NCBI GenBank assembly: GCA_963740315.1
Contig: CAVUDP010000004.1
Location: 96,001-160,000, forward strand
Direction of reading: 5' to 3'
DNA from: an uncultured cyanobacterium
GTDB taxonomy: Bacteria > Cyanobacteriota > Cyanobacteriia > Cyanobacteriales > Nostocaceae
DNA: 64,000 nt
The notes under the pieces: generated by a model
What the model was told of the DNA's origin: nothing
Database searches by the model: none
The model's input: the letters and a program-made list of their open reading frames with translations, nothing else
In this document: in pieces, positions 28,255 to 38,687 of the stretch
Numbering within the stretch: position 1 is the stretch's first letter
How the letters are laid out: every line of letters starts with the position of its first letter
Program-made: the position numbers and the translations under genes

Positions 28255-29277
28255 TTAAAAACCGGGTTTTTTTTGATCTTCTTGAGAATGATGCAAGATA
28301 TTATTTAGCTTAAAACGCAGATAACGCCGAAGTTTTAAACGTAAATACGTTTTTGCTTCTTCAGGAAATAAAGAACATATACCCCGTCGTACAAATCTTT
28401 CAAAGGTATCTTTGCTGCTATGACCGATCGCTCTACTTTCTAGCCAAGTTATCCTAAATATTTTGATAGCTTCTTTATAAGATCCTACACCTTTTTGCAT
28501 TACTTTCAAGCTGCGATAATCGGCATCTCTTGCAATATCAAAATGCTGTTGCAGTCCTAATTTACTGGCAGTTTGATTAATGCATTTTGCTGTATCTTCG
28601 CGTTGTTCGATCAAATGTTGTAAATTATTGCTTCCCGCATTCATATTATTACCATGATGGCGGTAGAACATTAAGGGTTGTTTAATATGTCCTATTTTTC
28701 CATAAAAAGGTACTGTAGCAGTTAAATAAGTATCTCCTCCACGGGGACGTTTGGGAAAAGGTAAGACTTTCTCCAATACCGAACGTCTGTATGCTAAAGC
28801 TGAAGTTACAGCCCAAGCATATCTACCCCACACAAGTAGTAAATGCCTGACATCACCTTGATTGAAAAACGTTGGATCGCGCCCGATAATTGTACCATCT
28901 GCATCAACTGAGGTACGAACGTGAGAAATTTGTACCCAATCGGGATTTTTATTAAACGCCGTTACAACTTTTGCTAATTTTTCTTTGTAATAGTAGTCAT
29001 CAGAATCTAAAAAACAAATAATTTCACCTTTTGAAACAGCAAATCCGGCATTAAATGCTGCACCTTGTCCTCCATTTTGCTGAAATATCGCAATCAATTT
29101 ATCTTGATAACTTTCAATAATCTCTCGCGAAAGATCGGTTGAACCATCATCTACAACTATTAACTCAAAATTTCGGTATGTTTGATTCAAAACACTTTCA
29201 ATTGCTTCACCGATAAATTTACCATAGTTATAGTTACCAATAATCACGCTTACCAAGGGATTTACCGAATCAATCAT
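28255..29277 (-). CDS. Glycosyltransferase family 2
   Basis: VSVIIGNYNYG, IVVDDGSTD, NGGQGAAFNAG, FLDSDD. Confidence 0.92.
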   Translation of the reverse strand: MIDSVNPLVSVIIGNYNYGKFIGEAIESVLNQTYRNFELIVVDDGSTDLSREIIESYQDKLIAIFQQNGGQGAAFNAGFAVSKGEIICFLDSDDYYYKEKLAKVVTAFNKNPDWVQISHVRTSVDADGTIIGRDPTFFNQGDVRHLLLVWGRYAWAVTSALAYRRSVLEKVLPFPKRPRGGDTYLTATVPFYGKIGHIKQPLMFYRHHGNNMNAGSNNLQHLIEQREDTAKCINQTASKLGLQQHFDIARDADYRSLKVMQKGVGSYKEAIKIFRITWLESRAIGHSSKDTFERFVRRGICSLFPEEAKTYLRLKLRRYLRFKLNNILHHSQEDQKKPGF

Positions 29278-29383
29278 TGGATTCTTACCTCGATTGATAT
29301 GTAGAACTTCATACTAAATAAAAATTGGTGTAATACAATAACAAACAGTGAATGCTTTCCTGCATCATTTAATCGATTCAATA

Positions 29384-30739
29384 TTACTCGCTATTTTTAA
29401 TCGCTGGAGAACCAACTACAGCAGCAAGCAGCACTAACATACAGGCAATCAACTCTCCAAATTCCATCACTGTTGATAACAAAGTATACAAAAGTATGAG
29501 AAAAAACACTGACAAAGGTCTACCCTGTCGAGTTTGATACAGCCAAACTGCAAAAGATATCCAGAATGTTAGAAACATAAGCGTTCCAACGATGCCAATA
29601 TGGTAAAGTAAGGTACCTAATATAAAGCTGTGAGTTCCAACACGCCCTAATTCAAACCCTGGTGCAACTGTCGGACCTACAACCCAATGACCAAATATTG
29701 GTTTATCTGGAATAGCTTCTAAAGTTTGTTGATATATTTCGCTGCGAACTTCAGTAGAGTCAGCACGTACTTCTCCCACTGTTTGTGCTTCCGAGTTGTA
29801 TACCTCTAAAAGTGAGTCTGTGACGCTGGGAAAAGACAATGTTGCAAAACTTATTAATGCGATTAATGCTAAAGGTAGTGCGTAGCCCCAAATTTTCCCA
29901 TAAATAAACGTGTAGCGTAAAATGACAATAATCGGTAATAAAAGCCACACAGAACGAGTTCCACTCACAAGTACCAAGAAGAAACTTCCTGTAAATAATA
30001 ATATCGACCACAAGCGATTTTTAATATCAAGGGAAACTAAGTTAATGTAAGCTACTACTAAAGCTAAAATCTCTGGAATTATAAAGAAGAAACTCCAGCG
30101 TTTTAGACCCGCAACACTTGTATGATAAGGCAAGTAAGGAATTAAATAATTGGATAATCCAGCGCCGTGTTCGTAACTTCCCTCTGCATTTCTAGCAAGT
30201 ATAGAAAAAATTGTTCGGGGATATATATAGTCTCTACCTCCTAAAATCAATTCGCCAATTACCCATAACACCAGCATCTGGATTACAACTAAGCTAAAAG
30301 CCCAAGCGACTACTTCTAAATGCACTCTAATATTGTTACTTTGGATATACCACAGTAGTGCAATCAGCCCATACCAAAATAAAATGTAGCGGACATCTTC
30401 TGCAAAATTGATTTTTCTATCTGTTGCTAATTCATAAAATATTGAACCGATTAATCTGTAACTAGAAAAAATAAATAATGCGATCGCACTCAAGCTAGGT
30501 TTTTTTAAGCGTATTCTTCCGTAACGTCGTTGTTCGTACCAAGCAATACCAAGAAATATCAATGCAGCCATAAATCGGTAGATTCCAATAGTCCACCAAG
30601 CTGCAATCAAACTTATATTCGCACAAACAACTTTTTCTGGAAGGGTAAGATTATTCCATCGTATCCAAATTCCGGAAAATAAATTATCGCGATCGCTTGT
30701 CTTTTTAGAAGCAAGTTTCAACCCTGGATGTTGGTTCAT
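29384..30739 (-). CDS. O-antigen ligase-like / Wzy polymerase
   Basis: Multi-TM; SGTRSVW, STEVRSEIY...KPIFGH, THSFILGTLLYHIGIVG. Confidence 0.8.
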   Translation of the reverse strand: MNQHPGLKLASKKTSDRDNLFSGIWIRWNNLTLPEKVVCANISLIAAWWTIGIYRFMAALIFLGIAWYEQRRYGRIRLKKPSLSAIALFIFSSYRLIGSIFYELATDRKINFAEDVRYILFWYGLIALLWYIQSNNIRVHLEVVAWAFSLVVIQMLVLWVIGELILGGRDYIYPRTIFSILARNAEGSYEHGAGLSNYLIPYLPYHTSVAGLKRWSFFFIIPEILALVVAYINLVSLDIKNRLWSILLFTGSFFLVLVSGTRSVWLLLPIIVILRYTFIYGKIWGYALPLALIALISFATLSFPSVTDSLLEVYNSEAQTVGEVRADSTEVRSEIYQQTLEAIPDKPIFGHWVVGPTVAPGFELGRVGTHSFILGTLLYHIGIVGTLMFLTFWISFAVWLYQTRQGRPLSVFFLILLYTLLSTVMEFGELIACMLVLLAAVVGSPAIKNSE

Positions 30740-30946
30740 TTATTAATTTATTAATTAATTTATTAATTCATTCACTTATTTATTAATTTATTAACTGATA
30801 TCGCGTTCGGTTAAACTCTTGCAGTTCAACCTGTGCTATGAGACATACGCAGCGTTACTTTACGCTATTAGCGGAGTGAAGCAGACTACGAAGACTGCAC
30901 GCCTTCATAGGTTGGTTGGTTTCACTCCGTTCGACTCGCAATGATA

Positions 30947-32989
30947 TTACTGTACTGGGGCAATATTTTGTCCGTACATATAGCCTTGCGCTCTTGTTTC
31001 TACACCGTTAACTACTAAACCAGCAATTAAGGCTTTGTGTCGCGTCAATTGTTCGATACTGTCGCAGAAATAGTTACGGTGGCTGCTTGTGGAACGAACT
31101 ACAAACAAAACTTGTGATATTACTTTGGCGATTAATGCTGCTTCTGGTGTCAAAGTTACTGGAGAACTATCTACCAATACATAATCGTAATTACCATTGC
31201 TTTGTACGTAATTCAAATGACGTTCAAATTCCCCACGAGCAACAAATTCGGAAATTTTATCTTCGGCAATATTAACTGATAATAAATCCAGATTGGGACG
31301 GACTTGATTATGTATAAATCGCGAGTCTAAACTTGTTTGTGGCTGATAACCCAAGGATTGTGAAAGCTCTGCTTTGCGGAAATCTCCGTCAACAAGTAGT
31401 ACTTTAAAACCCAAATTGATCAGCGCATTCGCTAACCCTAAAGTAGTTGTAGTTTTACCTTCCCCGGTGGTGGCGCTAGAAATCATTAACCGCCCGGAAT
31501 CTAGCTGCATTAAGCTGACTGCGGAAGCCAAGCGTTGAAATTCTATTTCTCCTCCTAATTCCCGATTCAATTTCCCATTCATATGTTTGATGTAGGGAAT
31601 GCTTGCAAGTACGGGAATGTTGGTTTCTACAATGTCTTTGGGGCTGAGTAAGGGGTTGCGATTTTCCAAAAACAGAACGATCGCAGCACTACCGAAACCA
31701 GAAGCTAATAATGCTCCAAGTAACATTAATCTTAATTTGGGACCGACTGGTTTATTGTTTAAGAGCGGGCTATCTAACACTTGAACGCTAGGATAAGCGC
31801 TGAAAGCACCGAGTTTTGCTTGTTCGGCTTGTGCTACTACGCCGTTGTAAACGCCTTCGGCAATATCGTACTGTCGTTGCACTTCAAGTAGTTTCCCTTG
31901 TTTTGCAGGTAAGGAATTCAAGCTCGCACTCAATTTATCAATAGCCGGTTTGAGTTGTTCGGCTTTTTCCTGCATCCCTATAGCTTGGCTTTCCGCTAAA
32001 ATCAGTTGTTCGGCTAAACTGGCGGTATTTTCGCCGATTCTATCAACTCTAGCTACATTACCCTTAGTATCGGTAAGGTATTGCCTGAGTCGGTTACGCA
32101 ATACGCTTTGCTGGTAAACCAAATCCTGCACTTGGGGATGAATGTTTGTTAATCTACCTCGTGCTTCTACTAACGCAACTTCGACTTCGCTTAATTTATC
32201 TCTAATTGTCTGATATTCTTTGAATTCTTTGAGCCTAACGGAATTTACCGCCGCTCCCGGACTTAATGCTATGCGAGACGATAGCATTCTCACTCTAGCT
32301 TCGGCTGCGCTCGCATCAGCTATTGCTTGAGCTTGTTCCGTACTCAAAGTATTGATAGCTGAAATAATCTCTTTGGTTTGCTCGTCGGAATTAACTAAAT
32401 TTGTATTTTGCTTAAATTCACTTAGAGCTTGTTGTGCCTTAAACAATTTTTCATAAGCTTGCTTCACTTCCCCTTCCATAAATTGCGATCGCTGTTGTGC
32501 TTCATCAAGCCTTAATTCGTGGAGGCGATTGCGAAACGCTACAATTAATGCAGTTGCTCGCGCCTTGGCTAATTCAGGGCTGTTCGCTTCAACGTTGAGG
32601 GATATAACTGTAGATTCTTTTTCGGGAGAAACTTCAAACAGTTTCTTAAAACTGCCTAAATTGGAAAATTGATTTTTTTGTGGATCTTTTTCCCATACTT
32701 CCTCAACAACGTTGTCGCTCATGGCGATCGAAGTTAGGATATTCAACGGGTTAAGCTGTTGAGAAAAAACTACGCCTTCATCGCGAACACTACCCAATTT
32801 ACCTAAATCTGCATCGCTATTGCTAGTTATGTTAGGTAATATCAACTGTGCTTGGCTACTCCACACTTTGGGCGTTATTTTGATGTTAATCGCAGTTATT
32901 CCGACTACCAAAACATTCCAAGCTAACAGCAGTTTCCAATGCCTTATTGCTATTTTGGCAATTCTATTCATACGAACAGCAGGCTCCAA
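30947..32989 (-). CDS. wzc: Wzc/GumC polysaccharide co-polymerase with tyrosine-kinase domain
   Basis: Wzz-like N-terminus, coiled coil, TM helix, Walker A ATTGEGKTT, LLVDGDFRK, VLVDSSP, Tyr-containing tail. Start is TTG 32989 or ATG 32971. Confidence 0.88.
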   Translation of the reverse strand: MEPAVRMNRIAKIAIRHWKLLLAWNVLVVGITAINIKITPKVWSSQAQLILPNITSNSDADLGKLGSVRDEGVVFSQQLNPLNILTSIAMSDNVVEEVWEKDPQKNQFSNLGSFKKLFEVSPEKESTVISLNVEANSPELAKARATALIVAFRNRLHELRLDEAQQRSQFMEGEVKQAYEKLFKAQQALSEFKQNTNLVNSDEQTKEIISAINTLSTEQAQAIADASAAEARVRMLSSRIALSPGAAVNSVRLKEFKEYQTIRDKLSEVEVALVEARGRLTNIHPQVQDLVYQQSVLRNRLRQYLTDTKGNVARVDRIGENTASLAEQLILAESQAIGMQEKAEQLKPAIDKLSASLNSLPAKQGKLLEVQRQYDIAEGVYNGVVAQAEQAKLGAFSAYPSVQVLDSPLLNNKPVGPKLRLMLLGALLASGFGSAAIVLFLENRNPLLSPKDIVETNIPVLASIPYIKHMNGKLNRELGGEIEFQRLASAVSLMQLDSGRLMISSATTGEGKTTTTLGLANALINLGFKVLLVDGDFRKAELSQSLGYQPQTSLDSRFIHNQVRPNLDLLSVNIAEDKISEFVARGEFERHLNYVQSNGNYDYVLVDSSPVTLTPEAALIAKVISQVLFVVRSTSSHRNYFCDSIEQLTRHKALIAGLVVNGVETRAQGYMYGQNIAPVQ

Positions 32990-33056
32990 ACCTCTGAATA
33001 TTTCTAATTTATAAGATAATGTATCAAAATTAACTATTTTTTGACATTCTGCGCCC

Positions 33057-33539
33057 TCATACCGGATATATCTGCATTAAATGCTCCGCTAATTTTGGCT
33101 CGTCGAATATTTGTCCTTTAAAACTAGGTGGCGGAAATTTTACTGCTCTTTCTAGATTATCTAAACTAGTACAGTAAGTTATCCCTAGTTTTTCTACTCC
33201 TTGAGCGAACCACAATTGATGGTCATCGATATGCTCTTTGTAGCAAGATAAGCGCGGTACCAAAATAAAACAGGCTCCCTGAGCTGCTAATCCCCGCGTT
33301 AAACCTTGACCGGCATGGGATATGATCAATCGAGAGTCTTGGATTGTTTTCATCAATAAGCTCGTCTCGACTATTGGCGCAGTTGTCACGAAAGGATATT
33401 TTGTTAGCGCTGAAACGTCAGTTGTCCCATGCTGCACAAAAACACTTTCCGAAATCACCCCAGTGCTTAAAAGACACTCCAACCAGTCAATAACGCGATC
33501 GAAAGAAAAGGGAATTGTTCCTAATGTTACGGTAATCAT
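33057..33539 (-). CDS. pssE: PssE/Cps14G-type glycosyltransferase (GT28 C-terminal, Alg13-like)
   Basis: MITVTLGT..FDRV, VQHG, IISHAGQG, VPRL...EHIDDHQ. Confidence 0.85.
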   Translation of the reverse strand: MITVTLGTIPFSFDRVIDWLECLLSTGVISESVFVQHGTTDVSALTKYPFVTTAPIVETSLLMKTIQDSRLIISHAGQGLTRGLAAQGACFILVPRLSCYKEHIDDHQLWFAQGVEKLGITYCTSLDNLERAVKFPPPSFKGQIFDEPKLAEHLMQIYPV

Positions 33540-33582
33540 TTTTTTTCAAATGAAAGTGACCTCTATACCCAAACCAAAGCCT

Positions 33583-34029
33583 CTAAGCATATCCTTTAAA
33601 AATTGCTTTTGGATACTTACTGCACAAATTGGGCCACTGTACGTAAAATTCATCGCTAAATTTATAAACCAACTTTCCAGATAAACTTAACTCATCCGAA
33701 CGAGAGATACTTTCCACATACACAAACCGTTTACCCAATAATTTGGCAGCAAAAGCAAATCCGACGGCGATGCTAGCCCCTGTTGAAATTACTATGTCCG
33801 GTTGTTCTGCATAAACTATCTTAAACACTTGAGGAATATTCGCGCAAAATGCCCAAATATCCCTGGGAGCTTGATAAGGCAACCAATGAACTTTTTCTTC
33901 TTTCTCTAATAATTTTGTATCTTTTTTCCAGTCAGTCACCCATACCCGTTCGTGATTAGACCAAAACGACTCTAGCCTCCTCATGGTCGAGAAATGACCC
34001 CCAGAAGTACACACCAACATTAACTTCAT
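33583..34029 (-). CDS. pssD: PssD/Cps14F-type glycosyltransferase subunit (Alg14-like)
   Basis: LVCTSGGHF, PDIVISTGA, YVESISR..LSLSGKL, FYVQW. ATG at 34029 follows GAGGGG. Confidence 0.88.
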   Translation of the reverse strand: MKLMLVCTSGGHFSTMRRLESFWSNHERVWVTDWKKDTKLLEKEEKVHWLPYQAPRDIWAFCANIPQVFKIVYAEQPDIVISTGASIAVGFAFAAKLLGKRFVYVESISRSDELSLSGKLVYKFSDEFYVQWPNLCSKYPKAIFKGYA

Positions 34030-34967
34030 TAACTTTACACCCCTCTGAGACTTGAGTAGGAACACCAAAATATAGATTTATGCAGGTGAATGTTGAGTTA
34101 GTTCCACGAGTAAAAATAACCCAACTCATTGCAGATAAATCTTAAAACCCAAGCTTGCTAAACTATTTGCGGCATCCAAATAGTCAATCGTTATACAAGC
34201 TCCCTTACTTGGCTTTCAGCTTAAAATGACCAAATGCCAATCCTGAATCAGTTTCAGTAGATTTTTAAATTAGGAAAGTCATACCATTTTTACAATTAAT
34301 ACAGGGAAATTGCCTAGTAGTAATTTATTACTTGCCGATGATTCTAAGCATAACTTACTTGAACCACATATTTGCTTGATACTAACTCAAAATCAGTTTA
34401 TATACTTAATACCCACAAAAAAATCTATATTAACCGCATTAATTGGCTTGCGTCTAACTCAAGTAATTATTTTTACTTGTATGACAAGCGTTATTCATCA
34501 AACTTTAATATAAATAATAACCTAGTTTATACTTAGTTAACTTGACTTTATTAAATTTTTGTTAAGGTAATTTTTGTGAAGATTAGACCCTTGACTAAAA
34601 AGGTATTATACTATATCGCGATCGATTGTACTTAGATTAAACTTCAGCTATGTTAAGTGTAAAATCGTACTTAGATTTGGAAGCTACGTCAAGAGATATA
34701 GTTACTTTTTATACTTGATGGTATCTGTAAAGAGAAAGCGATCGCCCTCATACGATCGGTATGTTCGGTTATCTACGGTGGATTTCCCTCCAAGGGTTAC
34801 TGTCTAACCATAGTGAGAAGCGATAAATTGAGTATGTAGCCTGTAAAGATAAAAAGTAAAAAAGTAAAAGTGCCAATTAGCTGCTAGTGCAAGCAAAACT
34901 AAAGAATATATCTTTTAATAATATTGGCATTAACCATAACTAATATCGTTTTTCGAGCGACTGTATC

Positions 34968-35942
34968 ATGCGTAAAAAATTACAAAGTACCATCAAACCG
35001 TTTTTTAAGTCTCTCTTAGTTGCCTTTCTCGTGTGTACCTTGGTATTTAGCCAAGCACCGTCGGCGTTAGCTGCTCGGAGTGGAGGAAGAATTGGTGGTG
35101 GTTCTTTCAGAATGCCTTCAAGCCGTCCATATTCATCTCCTCGTACCTACGCTCCTCGGGGTGGTGGATATGGTGGTTATCCCGGAGGCGGATTTGGTTT
35201 TCCTTTCCTATTCCCCTTTATAGGTATAGGTGGAGGATTCGGGGGTTTATTTGGAATCTTGATTTTCTTTGCTTTAGCTAACTTTGCAGTCCAAACCTTC
35301 CGTAGAGTTGCTGGTGGCGAAGGAGAAGAAGTCGGCTACAGCAGCAACCCGACAATTTCCGTAACTCGCTTACAAGTAGGCTTATTAGCTCAAGCCCGCG
35401 AATTACAAACCGAACTAAATCAGCTTGCCGAAACAGGCGATACCGACTCATCCGTTGGTAGAGCGCAAATATTACAAGAAGCCAGCTTAGCTTTATTGCG
35501 CCATCCAGAATATTGGGTTTATGCAGGAGGCGGTAGCAATCAAGCGCGTTTGAACTCCGCAGAATCAGAATTTAACCGTTTAGCTTTAGCCGAGCGCAGC
35601 AAATTTGGTAAAGAAACATTATCCAACGTCAACAACCAGTTGAAAGCTGCCGCATCCAACAAAGCTTTACCATCTACCGGAGAAATAGAAAATCCCACCG
35701 ATTTAATTACCCAAGGTCCGGGAGAATATATAGTTGTTACCTTACTCGCAGCAACTTTAGGTAAAACCGAAGTTCCCAACATCAACAGCGCCGACGATTT
35801 GCGTCAAGCACTCAGTCAATTTGGCGGCATTCCCACCGACAAACTGCTTGCCTTCGAGATTTTATGGACTCCCCAAGCAGAAGGCGATACTTTGACTAGC
35901 GATGATTTGCTAACCGAGTATGCTGACTTGAAATTAGTTTAA
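34968..35942 (+). CDS. DUF1517-domain protein (FLAP1-like)
   Basis: ALAARSGGRIGGGSF, Gly-rich segment, RLQVGLLAQAR, LALLRHPEYW, ERSKF..ETLSN, EILWTPQAEGDTL. Confidence 0.9.
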   Translation: MRKKLQSTIKPFFKSLLVAFLVCTLVFSQAPSALAARSGGRIGGGSFRMPSSRPYSSPRTYAPRGGGYGGYPGGGFGFPFLFPFIGIGGGFGGLFGILIFFALANFAVQTFRRVAGGEGEEVGYSSNPTISVTRLQVGLLAQARELQTELNQLAETGDTDSSVGRAQILQEASLALLRHPEYWVYAGGGSNQARLNSAESEFNRLALAERSKFGKETLSNVNNQLKAAASNKALPSTGEIENPTDLITQGPGEYIVVTLLAATLGKTEVPNINSADDLRQALSQFGGIPTDKLLAFEILWTPQAEGDTLTSDDLLTEYADLKLV

Positions 35943-35992
35943 ATTAGTTAGGGGTGAGGAATTATCTTCCCCATCTTCTTACCTTTACATCT

Positions 35993-36020
35993 AAAACCAG
36001 TCCTTTTAGCGGCTGGTTTT
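35993..36020. terminator. Bidirectional intrinsic terminator
   Basis: AAAACCAGtC...GGCTGGTTTT between convergent genes. Confidence 0.65.
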
Positions 36021-36067
36021 GTTGTAGGCGATCGTTTTAGTGACTCATCGGAATTAATGAAATGAAC

Positions 36068-36185
36068 TAGTATTTTTGATTAGTTTTGAAGGGTAAAAAG
36101 GTTCGTAGTAAGAGTTTTAACTCTCCGGATTTGGGGGGAACTAAAGCCCTTACTACGAACCTGTCAAAATTAATGAAACGCACTA
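36068..36185. mobile_element. MITE carrying a GTAG REP doublet; its end coincides with the kinase stop codon
   Basis: AGGTTCGTAGTAAG...CCTTACTACGAACCT core plus TCAAAATTAATGAAACGCACTA end, as at 7760-7876. Confidence 0.7.
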
Positions 36186-38027
36186 ATAATTGCTAACCAC
36201 TAACCGAAAACCACACACCCTCACCCCCCCTTCAGGTTCATTCCAACTGCGGCTGGCGCTACGACAACTATAAGGGCTGAAACTCCACGAGCCTCCGCGA
36301 AGTACCCGACGATGTACGTCTCCCCCAGATTGCCAAACTGAACCATCGGTAGGTGCGCCATCGTAGTTTTTATGCCAGGGATCGGCGCACCATTCCCATA
36401 CTTGTCCGTGCATATCGTATAATCCAAAGTCGTTGGCTAATCCGGAACTGCCTACGGGTTTTGGTTGTTTGTAATGTTTTACTATTGCTTGTATTAGGCG
36501 ATCGCACTCGATATTGCAGTTTACCAATTGGGCATTAATGCTTTTACCGAAGTTAAAGGGGGTGCTAGTACCAGAGCGACAAGCATATTCCCATTCTGCT
36601 TCGCTGGGTAAACGATATTCTCGTCCAGTTTTTTCTCGCAGTCTGGCACAAAATTCCTCTACTTCATACCAAGAGACGTTCTCAACGGGTAAAATCGCAC
36701 CTTTAAATTTTGATGGGTTGGGATTTATGGAACGATTGACTTGTGGTAATGATGCTCCCGCTTTCCATTGAGCTTGAGTTACTGGGTATTTACCCATAAA
36801 AAATGGTTTTAATGTGACAATATGTTGCGGACGTTCGTCAGTATCTCCTTCATTCCTAGACGAACCCATGATAAAGCTACCGCCGGGGATTGATACCATT
36901 TCCAGGTTTATTTCACCGCTCAAATTTTCGATAAATAAGTTCGCTTTTCTACGCCAGCGTTTAATCAAACTACCCGTTTCGTCTACTTTTACCACATTAA
37001 ATTCAAAGCTTTGTAACTCAGGTAATGTTGGTTTTGATGAAACTGCTGGGGGTGTTGTTTCAAGCTCTTTGTTGGATAGTAATGGCGTTACCTGTTTAAA
37101 TACGGAATTTTCAAGCGCTAAATCTTTAAGCACTTCTGCTGCCGATTGATATCTATCTTTAACCAAATGTTGCAGCAGTTTATCTAAAATGTTTCCTAAT
37201 TGCTCGCTAATTGCAATACCTTTTTCCTGCAAAATATCTCGCCACAACCATTCCCCATTCATGGGATCGTAAATGCGATCGCTAAATTCTCCGGTATCAT
37301 CTTGTAACGGTAAACATTGAGTTAACAACCTGACGCAAGTCACCCCCAAAGCATATAAATCGCTTGCGGGAAATACGAATCCAGCCATTTGTTCGGCTGG
37401 TGCGTAACCAATGGTATAAAGTACTGTAGCTTGTCTGGCTAAACTGGTTTGCGTTACTTGTTTGGCTCCACCAAAGTCAATTAATACTAGTTTTCCATCA
37501 CTTTGGCGACGAATAATATTTTCTGGTTTGATATCGCGGTGAATTACTTTATTAGAATGAATAAAATCTAAAACGGGTAATAAATCGGTGAGAATTCCTC
37601 TAATTTTATCTTCATCAAAAGTAGAATCATAAAGTTCCTCTAAAAGAGTTTGTCCTTCAATCAGCTCTTGCACCAAATACAAACTCGAACCTTGTTCAAA
37701 GAAAGCCAACAATCTGGGTATTTGCCAGTGATTTTCTCCCAAATCGTATAGCCTAAACGCTTCTTCTCGGAATAACTTAGCCGCTTTAGCACGTGCTGCA
37801 CTTCCTTCCACTTGCGGAAAAAACTGCTTGATAACACAAGGCGCATCCAATCTATCGGCATCAACAGCAGCATAAGTTTTACTAAAACCGCCGAATCCCA
37901 ACAACCTTGATACGCGATAGCGGTTTCTCAAAAATTTACCAAAATTGCTGACTCCGCAACTGATACAACGTTTATTGCCTTCTACATTAAAGGGATTTGA
38001 GCAATTAGCTTCTTGGCAAATTAACAC
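36183..38027 (-). CDS. Ser/Thr protein kinase (Pkn2-type) fused to a formylglycine-generating-enzyme/sulfatase-modifier domain
   Basis: 4-Cys N-terminal prefix, LGFGGFSKTY, VIKQF, IHRDIKPEN, DFG, GYAPAEQ; C-terminal FFMGKYPVTQAQW, RLPSEAEWEYACR, LRGGSW, GFRLV. Confidence 0.93.
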   Translation of the reverse strand: MLICQEANCSNPFNVEGNKRCISCGVSNFGKFLRNRYRVSRLLGFGGFSKTYAAVDADRLDAPCVIKQFFPQVEGSAARAKAAKLFREEAFRLYDLGENHWQIPRLLAFFEQGSSLYLVQELIEGQTLLEELYDSTFDEDKIRGILTDLLPVLDFIHSNKVIHRDIKPENIIRRQSDGKLVLIDFGGAKQVTQTSLARQATVLYTIGYAPAEQMAGFVFPASDLYALGVTCVRLLTQCLPLQDDTGEFSDRIYDPMNGEWLWRDILQEKGIAISEQLGNILDKLLQHLVKDRYQSAAEVLKDLALENSVFKQVTPLLSNKELETTPPAVSSKPTLPELQSFEFNVVKVDETGSLIKRWRRKANLFIENLSGEINLEMVSIPGGSFIMGSSRNEGDTDERPQHIVTLKPFFMGKYPVTQAQWKAGASLPQVNRSINPNPSKFKGAILPVENVSWYEVEEFCARLREKTGREYRLPSEAEWEYACRSGTSTPFNFGKSINAQLVNCNIECDRLIQAIVKHYKQPKPVGSSGLANDFGLYDMHGQVWEWCADPWHKNYDGAPTDGSVWQSGGDVHRRVLRGGSWSFSPYSCRSASRSWNEPEGGVRVCGFRLVVSNY

Positions 38028-38493
38028 GATAGATGATTGGGGAATAGGGAGTTAGGAGTTAGGAGTTGGGAGTTTCGCAAGGTGATTCGCCTTATCTCAC
38101 GCTGCTTCTCCATCCCACAAGAGTTTTAGGATATCTTTTTATAATTTATTTATTTGTATTGGTAAGTGTTTTTATCTATGTTGAAGTTGAACGAGCTATT
38201 AGGGATGAAGATTCTAGAAAAATCAATAATTTATGTTTCGGTATTCCTCAAATTTATAACTATTAAAAAGCTATATTTGTATCGAATTTAGCAAGTATTT
38301 ATTAGTCAAATTTTGAGATGCTTCAGACAAATAAATGCTGATATTTATTAATACAATTATTACTATAATTTGAAAAATACAAAAGGATTCTTATATTTTA
38401 GAATAAATATCCTTTCAACACAAAATAATATAGCATAAAGATTGTTTGTGTCAACAGTAATGAAATTAACGAAAGGCGACAAAAAATAAAAGA

Positions 38494-38600
38494 TACAGCA
38501 TTTTGCAGATAAATGAGGTACAACCTTATATTATAGAAAACTTGTGGGATGGGCATCCTTGCCCGTGCAAATGTGCCTCATAAAGATGAAATATGCTGTA
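38494..38600 (+). mobile_element. 107-bp MITE with TACAGCA...TGCTGTA ends
   Basis: Terminal inverted repeats and internal GTGGGATGGGCATCCTTGCCCGT; an inverted 107-bp sibling lies at 63394-63500. Confidence 0.85.
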
Positions 38601-38687
38601 TGTGGGAAGTAAATTTCAAATTGCTTTGTATGCTTTCTTTCTTGCCCAATACCTTTTGATTAAAATCATTTGGAATCTTGATTACCT

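Noticed and set aside
30737..30795. AT-only (TTTATTAA)n tract upstream of the wzy-like gene
   Set aside because: Low-complexity STRR-like tract with no evidence of function.
34310..34513. 67-aa ORF in the EPS/DUF1517 intergenic region (likewise 38066-38266 and 63093-63284)
   Set aside because: Non-ATG starts, no RBS, AT-rich intergenic DNA and no recognisable motif.
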